A stretch of DNA of 64,000 bases from Daphnia carinata (Eukaryota). A program made the translations under genes and the position numbers. Shown here piece after piece: positions 39,160 through 52,200 of this stretch (positions are counted from its first letter, which is position 1; every line of letters begins with the position of its first letter). The notes beneath the pieces were generated by a model. The model was not told the origin of the DNA. It was given only the letters and a program-made list of their open reading frames with translations, and did not search any database. Location: the NCBI RefSeq assembly GCF_022539665.2, contig NC_081333.1, positions 4,340,001 to 4,404,000 on the forward strand. The letters run 5' to 3'.

Positions 39160-39900
39160 CGAGCCGTGTCGTAGAGTACGACAGATGTTCCAATTTTAGT
39201 TTTTCATCAACATTCAAAATGTTGATGAGAAATTTTTTTACTCGCTAGAAAAACTGTGTGTATTGAAATGTGAATTATTTCGGTGCTTTTGAACTTTCTC
39301 ATAAAACTTTTTCACCAGTTTGATAGCGACTGATTGTGCATTCAGAACGTTAGGATTCCTGTACATTTTGTTGATTTAAAGAATCAATTGGCTTCAGTAA
39401 TCAGTATTTGCGTTTTCTAACAGCAGGTGAGATCTTGTCTTAAAAGCAACAATCCAGTGATCAAGTTGATAATGATGAATTGTTTTCAACAGTAAGATCG
39501 TTGAGTGCATTAGCATGCAGTTAGAAATAATTAAATGAACATTGGAATTATTTATCATTGCATTTATTTGCACATCACCAAAGATATTCCAAATATCGAA
39601 TGAATCTTAATGAAACGTCAAACTGCACAAATATGCTTACGGCATTTCAATCGACATTAGATGATTTAACGAATGGATTGTCTAGGAAGGCGGAATCGCA
39701 TTTAACGCTGTCTACTGGTTACTCAACTTCTTCTCCGCTGGAAATTCAATTGCCGGCTTCTCATCGAACGCTTAGATAACCTAGAAGATCCCCCACCACC
39801 TGTGAAACGAGACAGCCATTGGGTACATTGAGTGGATTTCTCCATCGACGAAGAAGCAATCGGCTAAGATGGAACCACTTTTCTTGGTTTTAATATCGAT
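39160..39900 (+). pseudogene. Decayed duplicate of the promoter and 5' coding end of OSCA/TMEM63-like gene A
   Basis: Colinear with 55598-56410 (EDPPPPVKR..HWVH, SIDEEAIG*DG) with deletions and stops. Confidence 0.85.
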
Positions 39901-40264
39901 TTTCCTTTATTTCTTACTTCCTTTTGTTCACTTCATGCCCATACCCAACGCCTTCGTGACTAAGTCAACATCAAACTAAATCAACAACAGCATGAAAATA
40001 TCTAAGCAACAATTAGATACGCAATCTCCATCTAGTAGTACCGTTCACTATATCAACAATAACCGAACAAGTCAATTTGGTACAGATTGGGTAATGCGTA
40101 GGTTGTTCGCCTCCGTGAATCAAAATCGGCCTGTGAGGTAAAGCGCTATTCATCACATGATCACCCAATTGAATACTCAAGACCCTATTTCAATCAGGTA
40201 TACATCTATAAAGCATTAAAAATAACTGTGCAATAAATACTATGCAATGCAATAACTTACTACC

Positions 40265-40820
40265 TTGGGGTAGTAATGGGACATCCAGAATAGCAGCCAG
40301 AGTTCGTCGAGTGAGTCGACATCCTGATGCTCCAATCGGAATGAATTATTTTTAAGCGGGATTCAACATGAATCGCGTCCGCCAGATGGAATCTTCAATT
40401 CAGTTTGGATCGAGTAATGCGCCAGCAATGATGAATGAAACCCTGGATCCTTTTATTCCGCTGGATAACAACGCTTTAAAAATTCAGGTAATGAATCACT
40501 ATACCAGCAATTGATTGCAAAATGGAATAGTGAACAACCCACTGCTAGTGGCTGGAGTCGAATGAGCGCTGCCAACAACAAAATGCAACAATCACCGCCA
40601 ACGACCGAGGGCCACCCAACAAGCGAGGAGGAAGCACCAGGCTGCCGATTTGTCGTTGTTGTTCAATCAGGGTGGACGGACGGATCTCTTTACAAACGGG
40701 GTTTCATGTCACGGGCCATCGAGCCATGTCCTGCATGTGGATGACTAATCAAATTATCAACTCACTAGAGAATTACGTCATCATCATTTCTATTAATCCA
40801 TTGCATACTCAAATGGATTG
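40265..40820 (+). pseudogene. Decayed duplicate of the SAXO 3' exon
   Basis: Homologous to 24326-24915; stops and frameshifts. Confidence 0.85.
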
Positions 40821-41558
40821 ACAACTTTCGAACATAAACAACACTATTTGAAATAAATTTTCTATTTTCATCTCTTTTTTTTTATACCTTCATTGGCTTT
40901 TGACCTTTGTCTGCTCGATAATTTATCATACACTCTAATCGTTCACATTTTACATTTCGAAAAAATTTCGAAAAAAAGAGCAAAAAAACGGTTTCGAAAC
41001 ACCAAGATTAATTACAGATAGCGACGCTAAATCCCCCTGATAAATTTAGGGATTACATGAAAAAGATCAAGTGTCGTCAGAGCTTAGTCTACTGCTAAGT
41101 TATTAACTAGTGTTCTGAGAATACCACGAAGAAAACAAAGAACGATTAACGGCCGGTAAAAAAAAAACACGACATTGGAATAAAAGGGAATGTCCCGTTC
41201 TCCAGTTTTTAGTTTCTTGGAAAATGTCTGTTGCCCACGCAGAATTTTCCTACAAAATGATCGGGAAACCTTTAGCTTTATCAGCAACTCAAAGTTTACA
41301 AACGGATTTTAATTTTAAATATAAACCTTACGTCAACTTTGCCTTATCTTTCCAGCTAACTTTCGAAAGCAAAACAAATAAATATATATAGACGTGTAGG
41401 GGTCGTATTATACACTAGAAATAAAATTGATCGCATTTATCAAAGATAAAAGTAAATGACAGGACGTTGTACGTTGTTCACAAATTTGACTGTCTCTCAG
41501 TACCTCAAGTTGGGCGGACTGTGCGCAATTCCGAGTCGTATTGTTAATTTGATTCAAG

Positions 41559-44500
41559 ATGACATATAGACAAAAAAGTTACCCTCCTCCGAGTCCATAC
41601 AACCGGCGTTCGACTAGTTTTCAGGCCAGCACCATCAGCAGCAAAATTGTGTTAGGTTGGGACAAAGGTGAGAGGGTCGCCTTAAAAAAAATTCCGTTTA
41701 ATCCTGGCGAGAGTAGCGATGAAAAAGGTGAGAGCTACTGGGAAAATCTAACAAAGTTACCCGATGACAATCTGGTCAAGTATCGCAGCTTTACGCTACA
41801 GGATGATGGCAGGTAATCAAACACTTTAATTTCTTTTTGTGTGTTTCAATTAGAATTCAAGTTAATTGTACAAGTATGCTGAATGAATAGATACCTTGCA
41901 ATGGAGTTGTGTCAGGGATCGATGCTCGAGTATTGTCGCGGCACATTAGAGAACGCAGTTGCGCCACTCATTAAAGGAATTGATGTCATGTGGCAAATTA
42001 CGTGTGCCCTTGATTATTTATTTCGTAAAAAAATTGGGCACGGAGATTTGGAACTGGAAAATGTGCTTTTTGTGAAAATCGATTCGAAACCTAAGCGGCT
42101 TGCTGTCAAACTATCCGGCTACGGGTACAACCATCTGCAATCTGGGGTAGGAAAAAAATTATTTTTCAAATCTTAAATAAAATAAACTTCTTAATGCTCA
42201 CAATTGGGTGGCCCAAGGATAATGTCAAGACGGATTTCTCCAAACTCGGCTGCTTGTACATTTCTGCTGCAACTAAAAAGGAGCACAGACCAAACGAAGC
42301 TCTCACCACCTGGCATTTGACTGAAATCGACATTGAAGCCAAAAAACTTGCATTTGAATTGATTAATCTTGTGACTGATGCCAGAAATCCGTTTACTTTT
42401 GAAGCTGGCACATTACTGCGGCACCCATTTTTTATCCGTTACTGCCATTTTGCTTTACCAAGACTAATTAAAGAGCAGGCAAATGAAGCCATTAGGCGTG
42501 GATTGCACGATTACAGAAACCTGAAAAAATGGGAAAAATTTTTGGGCAGCCACCCTCAAAATTTCAAAGATCTAGAAACAATCGTAAGTTAAACCGTTTC
42601 TACTTTTTATCTATGTAAGCCCCTGCAAAATGTCATTTACTTTTTATTTTTTTATTATTTTTGTAGCTCTTTTCAGACCATGACGACGTAGAAATTTCGC
42701 TAACTGAGGCGTCAAAAAAAACACCTCAATTACTTTCGCAATACATTTGGCATCTTTCCACTATCCCGGCCGCCATCCCTCAAGGCGATAATCAAGTATA
42801 TGAGTATACGTGCTTTACATGCGGTGCGCAAAACAGTATGTTGATATCATTTAATATTTAGATACCACGTCTGCAAATAAGGAAGCCTCTAGGAGAAGGG
42901 AGTTTTGGAAACGTGTACAAATGTTTTTATACCAATGACGCGGGAATACGATTTCTGGCCGCCTGCAAAAAAAGTAAACAGAGCCCCGACGCAGTTAAGG
43001 TGTTTGAAAGTGAAATCGCTACCCTTTCGAAAATAAAGCATTTATTCGTCATCAAGTACCTGGAAGTCGTAAAAATGGATGACAAACAGTATTTATACTT
43101 AAAATTAGCACTGTAATGTTCACGTTCATTGGATGTAATTTGTTGTTGCTCCGCGGCAGGTATATCTTAATGGAATTGTGCGAGGGGTCCTTAAAGGAGT
43201 ACGTTCATGGAAAGCTGGACCGAATTCCTAAAGACTCGTTGGATAACAAAATAATAATAAGTCAAGTGGCCCTTGGCCTGGCGTACCTCCACAGCGAAGG
43301 AATCATCCACAAAGATTTGAAACTCGAAAATATCCTTCTTCAACGTCAACCGCATGATTCCAATCTCGTGTTGGTCAAAATCGCTGATTTCGGATTTGCT
43401 AAAAAACTGAACCCGGAATCTTTAAGTTTCAGTGCCACTATCCATCTAGGCACACCAAATTACATGGCCCCCGAACTTCTTGCTTCGTCGGGTCGTTATT
43501 CGGCCAATTTTTTCAGCGACGTTTATGCTTTAGGCATAACAATTGCGCGGATAGCGTTAAATGGAGATCATCCTTTCACTAACAACAGAGACCTACAAAC
43601 GACTTACATGGTACAGGGGATGGTTCCACAAAACCTTCTACATCTCAGCTGGGATCTAGTTGATTTGATCGTCAAATTATTAAATAAAGTTCCAGCAAAA
43701 CGACCTACCATGGACTTAGTTTTGTGCCATCCTTATTTCGTCTTGACAAATGACAAGACCAAAAGACATTTCGTCGATCAGTTTTGGGCACATTTAAATT
43801 CGGAGAAGGAGAACAGAGACGATGAACTGGAAAAAATATTCAACGCTAACAATTTCCAGAAGTGGTACGAAACTTTTGTTAATGATAAAAAAGAAGACGA
43901 AGAGACTAAAGAAACGGAGAATATCATTGACATGTTCAAACAGGTAAATGCAAGTTACTAGTAAAACAAGCTGCCATCATTATACAAATGGTCATACATC
44001 GACCATGAAAGTAAAGCAAATTTCGCATTTTAGATTTCGCCAGATTGTACACCCGAAAGTTTGTACTGCGCCAAACGTTACAAACAAGCGATTACGGAAG
44101 TTCTGAAGGCAGAATACGATGCTAAAGTTGGAAATCAAATCAGCCAGGTAAACAACAAGTGTACAAGCTGAACGCCAATGCCGTTGTGATTTTTATCCCA
44201 ATAATTTAGGTCATTTCGAATTCCGACCCGTTTGTTCAAAAGGGCGCAAACTACGAAAATCAAATGAAGCAGGTAATCATTTAAGAGGCCCAAGTGGCCT
44301 ACTATGATCAATGAAATGATAGTAGAATTACCAATCATTTCAGAAAATGTCAACGCAGTATCTTCAACGGCACTTTTCCCGAAATCGCTTGCACAAGCTG
44401 GTTGAAAATAAACCGGTGCTTTTAGTGTCGTATTTCTGGTCTTGCTTAGCCGCCCCGAGCGTCAATCAGTCAGGGACAACTAGTCAGAAAAACCAGACTA

Positions 44501-46547
44501 TGCCTGACAAAAGAAAACAAAAACTGGCTCGACTAAAAAACTGGGTATACAAACAATTATAGTTTTTCAACTAAAATTCCGACTTAACATTCAAACAATC
44601 GCATTTCTAATAAGTATGAATAAGTTAGGTTATTTCTAACTGTTTGCAAACGTTTTGTAGATTAGCAGTGAGTTACAATGGACGGGCCTATTTTACGACA
44701 ACGACGAACAAATCACCGACGAGCTATGGAAAATGAAGTATCCCGAAATTTCCGAAATCTCGCCAGACACAAAAACTGAAATTATACGAACAGCGGCGAA
44801 ATGTAACATATCGCCATCAGTATGGTCAAAATTGCTGAATTGGATGAAACCAAGCGCTACGTCACTGCTGCTTCCTGAAATAGTTCAAAGCCACTTTCAA
44901 AATGCTCCAAAAATTGCAGGAATGATTGTAAAAAAACATTGGTTCCCGGAAGAAAAATTTTCTTCGTTTCATCTGGCAGCCTTTAATGAAGGAAACTACG
45001 CGGATCAAATAATGCAAACGTTATTTGATAACAAAAGAATTCTAACCGTGACCGAAGATGGACTTACTCCAGCTCACATCGCAGCCCAAAATGAGTCGAA
45101 TTGCGGAGGTAGTCTGTTGAAAGTTCTCCTGAATAACGGAGCGGACCCAAACGCTCTTTTTCAAAACGGAACCACACCCGTCCACTGGGCAGCCATAAAT
45201 CAAGGGAAACACGCAGTCGAAATTCTAAAACTCTTACTCGATCGCGATGGCGATAGCAATAAGGTCGATAAAAATGGTTTCAAGCCAATTCATTATGCAA
45301 CCATGAATACCAGCGATTCAGCGCCTAAACTATTAGACTTGCTCCTCCAAAAACGAGATGCCAGCATCATCGAAAGCACTGGAAGGACATTACTTCACTT
45401 GGCAATGTTAAACAATGGAGACTATGCCGAAGAAATCGTCCTAAAATTGCTAAAAAATGGAGAAAATGCCAATAGCACTGATAATGAAAAGTGCACCCCT
45501 CTTCATCTAGCAGTAAGAAACCATAAAATTCATAAGCTTGAATTGATGCGAATGTTATTACACAACAGCAGCGATCCGAATGCTGCTGACCAATCAGGAC
45601 TGACACCTGTTCACTACGCAGCGGCTAGTGAAAACGAATATGCCCACGAAAAACTAAAACTTTTGTTAACCTATAAGGGAAATTTGACTATTCAAGACAA
45701 AGACGGATTCACTCCTATTCATTATGCCATCATCAATAAAGGCAAATGTGGGAACGAAATGAGAAAACTAGTAGGCGTCAACCCGGAAAAGGCAAACGCA
45801 CGCCTCAACACCAATGGTGAAACGCTTCTTCATCGCCTTGTCAGTAAAAATGATGGTCATCTGAAACTTGTTGAAATGGTAATCCAAAACGGAGGCGATC
45901 CCAACGCAACAGACAAGTTTGGACGGTCACCTGTTCATGCAGTCGTCATCTTAAACGAATCATTTGCGGGACTAGAAATGTTGAGGCTGCTGCTTGCAAA
46001 TGGAGGAAACGTTAACCTACAGGACAAGGAAAAACAATTTACGCCTGTTCACTATGTGTCATCTAGCTTGAGAGGTAGGTTATCTGAAAAGATGGAAATT
46101 CTCCTGGGCCACGGCGGAGATGCAAACAAGCAGGGCAATGACGGGATCACGCCCCTACACTTAGCGGTTGCAAACTCGGGAATTTACGCACCTCAACTGA
46201 CAAGAATGTTACTCAACCTTAAAGCTAATCCGAATGCTATGGATGCCCAAAAGCGAACACCTTTACATGAAGCAATCGGAAATGTGAACGATGACATTAG
46301 GTTTGACGCTATCCAGCAACTCGTCGAAAAAGGGGCAAATCCGAACGCTCGCGACAGCAACGGATTGACACCGTTGCACTACGCCGTTCAAAGTAGAAGA
46401 CGTGATTCGGCCAAAGTGGTGGAGTTTCTGTTAGAACACGAGGGAGACATGAACATCGCAGACAATGAAGGTATGACGCCACACCGGCTTGCCAAATACT
46501 GCCTGCCCGAGTGCTTGCCTTTCGAAAAAGAAAGCCTTTCTAAATAA
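41559..46547 (+). CDS. Tandem pseudokinase-kinase-ankyrin protein, copy 3 (apparently intact)
   Basis: Same 10 exons; HGDLELEN/SGYG in domain 1; GEGSFG, HKDLKLEN, DFG, APE in domain 2; shortened exon 8; ANK exon ~44661-46547. Confidence 0.82.
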
Positions 46548-47834
46548 CGGAGAAAAACTTTTCGTAAGGAAGGTGGTACGGCGGCTACTTTTTTAACGTA
46601 GTCATTTGTAATACTAAAAAATTCAATCTTGATTATGCAAATAAAAAGGAAAAAAAATTTCAATAGTGCTGAATCAATGACTCAGTTCAACAACTATTTT
46701 CTGACAAACACACTCCCACGCTTCGCCGTCCTTTTGTTACCATTGGTACACTTATTAGTTTCTATTCTCAACTCTGTTCTTTTCAATTCTCATTTTAATC
46801 CGAAGGTAATAATTCAACGACGAATAGAACAGTCATCTTTAAAACAAATGCGAAGAGAGAAGGAAACAAGGTCGAATTAGATGGGAAAAGGTTACCAGAT
46901 TTCCATTTTTAAAAAATAAAATAAATTGTTTGGATGTACCTCGGATATAAAAATTGAATTCTTATTACGGATTAAATCAGGTCACACTAAATTAATACAA
47001 CAATTATTTCTATTTTATAATCCCCAATTGTACCGCATACTTTACTGTTTGCCCTCTAAGGAAAAAGAACTACCGGGCATGCTCAATAACCTCACCGATG
47101 ATGACTGATGAATTTTCCAGCAACTTTCCAACAGCTTTCACGTCGAGCCAGCTGTGACAGGAGAACACTGACACTAACGCAAAAGGTTTCAGTTTCATGT
47201 CGACATGGCCAAAAGATCCGCAGCATCTTTTCACGTCACGTCACACTTGTTCCATAAAATGTTATGCAACGATGGCGAAAGCAATGAAAAAACGAAACTT
47301 TGTAAAAATGTTGACGTCATTGGTGCGTGTCTGTTGTCTGCTCTAATTAAACACCATCATTGTACGTAACGTTTAACTAAATTGCAGTGTGACTGGCGTA
47401 ATACGAAGCACTGAAAAATTACGTCTCAAATTCTAACACTGTTGAAATACCCACGAATACTTGGGCTTTAACTGCATCACATCAATTCACTTGAGTAACA
47501 GAGTTTGGACAAATACAATTACCCAGCCGTTTGACACCCATCACCGACAGAGTTCAAAGAGCGACTAATTGAGTGATGCAGCGACTGTCGAAGAAGAAAG
47601 AAAGCGGCCATTTTGATTTTTGTTCACCCTTCCCCCCAGCTGACAAAATTTCCCTCCAAAAAACCTTGCTGTTTCTTGGAACTGTCGAAACAAAAATGGC
47701 CGAATAGCAAATTTCCAATGATGAAGGGAAAGGCAAACACTCGGGACAATGTAACTGCTGGTGGAGAAAACCCAATTACCGAGCTTTTTTTCAGTAAAAA
47801 TGCACGCAGATGATTCTGTCTGTCATGGCAGCTA

Positions 47835-48520
47835 AACTCGTTGGTCAGTTGCAGAGCCACGATTCATCTTGTGATAGTAACGGAGCATCCACACCAACAG
47901 CCGGAGTTCGTCGAGTCAGTCAACATACTAACACTACAACCGGAATAAATTATTTTCAAGCGGAGCCCAACATGAATTGCGTCCGCCAGATAGAATGTTC
48001 AATTCAGTTCTGATCAGGTAATCCGCCGGCAATGATGAGCGAAGCCCAGCATTCGTTTATTCCGCTGGATGGCGTTCTAAAGAGTCAAATGATGAGGCCG
48101 CGTACCAGCAACCTATTGCAAGATTGGAATGTTGGCGAACCTACCGCTAGAGATCGGAGTCGAATGAACGCTGCCAACAATAATATGCAACAATCACCGC
48201 CAATGACCAGGGACGAAGTAGTTGCCCAACAGGCGAGGAGGAAGCATCAAGCGACCGAATCATCGTTGTCGTTCAATCAGGGCGGAACAATCATTTCTGC
48301 TAATTGATAATTATACCCAAGTAATATGTTTAAATAATATACAATTATTGGCTCATTTACATTTGCCATCAAGGCGGGAGGATTTCGTTTACAAACAAGG
48401 TTTCACGTTACCGGCCATCGAGCAGTGTCCTGCAAGTGGATGACAAATCAAATTACCAGTTCACTAGAGCATGACATAATCATCATTTCTATCGACCCAT
48501 CGTTCACTCCATGGATTGGC
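47835..48520 (+). pseudogene. Duplicate of the SAXO 3' exon, best preserved, with an unrelated insert at ~48290-48380
   Basis: 48032-48285 is nearly identical to 24490-24745; in-frame stop at 48011. Confidence 0.85.
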
Positions 48521-49277
48521 AACTTTTTAACACAACTGTTTCACACTATTTAGAATGCTTTTTCCTATTTCCATTTCATTTTTTTAAAAACCTAACCGTC
48601 ATTCGGCTTTTGACCTTTGTCTGCTGATAATATATCATACACACTAATCGTTCACATTTCACTTTACATTTCGAAAACAATTTTGAAAAAAAGAAAAGAA
48701 AATGGTTTCGAAACATCAAGCTTAGTTACAGATAGCGACGCTAAATCCCCTGATAAATTTAGGGTTTACATGAAAAAGATCAAGTGACGTCAGAGCTGAG
48801 TCTCCTGCTAAGTTATTAATTAGTGTTCTGAGAATGCAAAGAAGAAAACAAAGAACGATTAAAGTCATGTCAAAAAAGCAAGACATTGGAATAAAATGGA
48901 TTGTCACGATCTTCAGTTTTAAGTTTCTTAGAAAATGTCTGTTGCTCACGCAAAACTTTTCCCGCAAAATGATCGGGAAGCCTTTAGGCGTATCGGCAAA
49001 TCAAAGTTTACAAACGGTTTTCAGTTTTAAAGACAAACATTACGTCAAATTTGTCTTATCTTTCCAGCTAGCTTCCGAACGATAAACAATAAATATATAT
49101 ATGTGTAGGGGTCGTATTATTTACACTAGAAATAAAACGTAACTTTTTAATCGCGTTGGCAAAGATAAAAGTACAAGACGAGACGCTGTACATCGTTCAC
49201 AAATTTGACTGTTTAACAGCTCTTCAATTCGAGCGGGCTGCGATCAGTTCCAAGTCAAATTGTAATTTTGAATCAAG

Positions 49278-52200
49278 ATGGCATCCAGAAAAAAACGTTA
49301 CCCTCCTCCGTGGGCAATCCACCGGCGTCAGCCTAGTGTTTCGGCCAGCGCCAACAGCAGCGGAGTTGTGCTCGGTTACGATAAGGGTGAGAGGGTCACT
49401 TTGCAAAAAATTCCGTTTAAACCTGATGAGAAGAGGGATGAAGAAAGTGAGCGCTACTGGGAAAATCTCACAAAGTTACGCGATGATAATCTGGTCCAGT
49501 ATCGCAGCTTTACGCTACAGGATGATGGCAGGTAATTAAACACTATTGCTTCATTTCCTGTCTTCAGTTAGAATTCAAGTTAATTGTACAAGTGCTCGGA
49601 ATGAATAGATACCTTGCAATGGAGTTGTGTCAGGGAACGATGCTCGAATACTGTCGCGGAAAATTAGACAGCGCAATTGCGTCACTCGTTAAAGGAATTG
49701 ATGTCATGTGGCAAATTACGTGCGCTGTCGATTACCTCGATCGCCAAGGAATTGGGCACGGAGATTTGAAACTGGAAAATGTGCTTTTTAAAAAAGTCGA
49801 TTCGGAACCCCAACGGGTTATTGCCAAACTATCCGGATATGGATGCAATTTTCTCCAATCTAGGGTAGGAAAAAAATTATCTTTCAATTCCAAACTTAAG
49901 TAAATATTTATTCTCTCAATTGGATAACTTACAAGGATGACGTCAAGACGGATTTCTCCAAACTCGGCCGCTTTTACATTTCCGCTGCAACTAAAAGGGA
50001 GACGAGGCCAAAGGGACCTCGCACCACGTGGAATTTGGTTGGAATCGATTCTGAGGCCCAAAATCTTGCATTGGAATTGATTAATCTTGTGGCTATTGCT
50101 AAAAAACCGTTTACGTTTGAAGCTGGCACATTACTGCGACACCCGTTTTTTATCCGTTACTGCCAATTTGCGTTACCAAGACTATTTAACGAGCAGGCTA
50201 ACAAGGAAATTTTGACAAGGTTAAAAATGAAAGAAAACCTTACAATATGGACGAAATCTTTAGGTAATGGCCAGCCTTCACACGAAGATTTCAGCGACCT
50301 AGAGAGGATTGTAAGTTAAAATGTCTCGAATTGTTTTTTAACATAATAATTTTTTTTTAGCTTTTTTTAGAAAATAAAGACATGGAAACTTCGTTAATTG
50401 AGGTGTCCACAAGAACACTTGAATTACTTTCGCAATACATTTGGCATCTTTCCACTACCTCAGCTGCCATCCCTCAAGTAGATAAACAAGTATAAGAGTA
50501 TATGTACTGTAGAACATACGGTACGCAAAATAATGCCTTGAAATCATTTAATATTTAGAGATCCCGTCTGGAAATAAGAGAGCCTTTAGGAAATGGGAGT
50601 TTTGGAGATGTGTACAAATGTTTTTATACCAATAACGACGGAATGCAAATTCTGGCTGCCTGCAAAACAAGTAAAACAGGCGACGAATCCATTAACGTAT
50701 TTCAACGCGAAATCGTTACTCTGAAGCAACTGGAGAATTTATTCATCATTAAGTACCTAGAAGTCGTAGAAGTGGATAAGAAACCGTAATTAGTCTTACA
50801 ATTTGCACTATAATGTTAACATTCATTGGATGAAATTTGTTGATGCTCGGCAGGTATATCGTCATGGAATTGTGCCAGGGCTCCTTAAAGGAGTACGTTC
50901 TAGGAACGTTGAAACGAATTCCTAAAGACTCGTTCGATGACAAAATAATAATAAGTCAAGTAGCCCTTGGCATGGCCTACCTCCACAGCAAAGGAATCAT
51001 CCACAAGGATTTAAAACTCGAAAATATCCTACTTCAATGTCAACCGCCTAAATCCAATATTATATTGATCAAGATCGCTGATTTTGGAATTGCTAAAAAA
51101 CTGAAACCGGAATCTTCTAGTTTCAGTGTGACTAGTCTCCCTGGTACACAATCTTACATGGCACCCGAACTTCTCCGTGCTCCTGAAGGCCTTTATCCGG
51201 CCAATTTTTCCAGCGACGTGTATGCTTTGGGCATAACAATTGCGCGAATTGTGTTAAAAGGAGATCATCCTTTCCCTGGCCCCCTTTACGCACAAACGAA
51301 TTCCATGGCTCGGGGGATGGTTCCACCAAATCTTCAACATCTCAATTGGGACCTGATTGATTTGATCCTCAAATTAACAGATAAAGATCCAGGAAAACGT
51401 CCTAGCATGGCCTTAGTTTTGTGCCATCCATATTTCGTCTTGACAAATGACAAGACCAAAAGACATTTCATCGATCATCTATGGGCACACAGCAATTCGA
51501 AGGAGGATAAAAAGAATTCAATGAAACAAATGTTCAACAGCCACAATTTCCAGGAGTGGTACACAACAATCACTGCTGATACGCAAGAAACTGCCAAGGA
51601 GATCGCCGATAGGGAGGAAACTCATCGATTGTTTAGCCAAGTAAGTGTCGGTTAATGGTAAAACAGCATGCAATTTCGATTTTTTTTTGTAAAGCTAAGT
51701 AAACATTTGTGGAAATCACAAATCTCACTACTTCAGATTCAACCAGATTGCACAGTTGAAAGTTTGTACGGTCCGGCCAAACAATACAAACAAAAAATTC
51801 AAAACGTATTGAAAGCGGAATACGATGATAAAATTGCAAATCAAATCAACCAGGTATACACCAAGTGTAGCAGCTCAATGTCAACATCACTCTGATTTCA
51901 ACCCAACATTTCAGATCATTTCGAATCACGTTCTGTTTGTTCACGATCATACCCATGGTCGCACAATTTCGCAACCCACTGCCGAATCGATTGACCATAG
52001 AGAAACATCGGAAAAGAATGCAAACCTAGGAAATGAAATTAGTAAGGTATTCATCAAAGAGATAACATTGACCTACGCTGATCAATTAAATAATGGGACA
52101 AACTACCACATTTTAGACGAGTACAGTGCAATTTCTACAAAACCAATTTTCCCTAAACCGTTTGCACAAAATGGTTAAAACTAAGCCAGCGCTTTTGGTG

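Noticed and set aside
31560..49277. Repeated spacer blocks as transposons or a CRISPR-like array
   Set aside because: No terminal repeats, target-site duplications, transposase or repeat-spacer periodicity; they are parts of the tandem segmental duplication.
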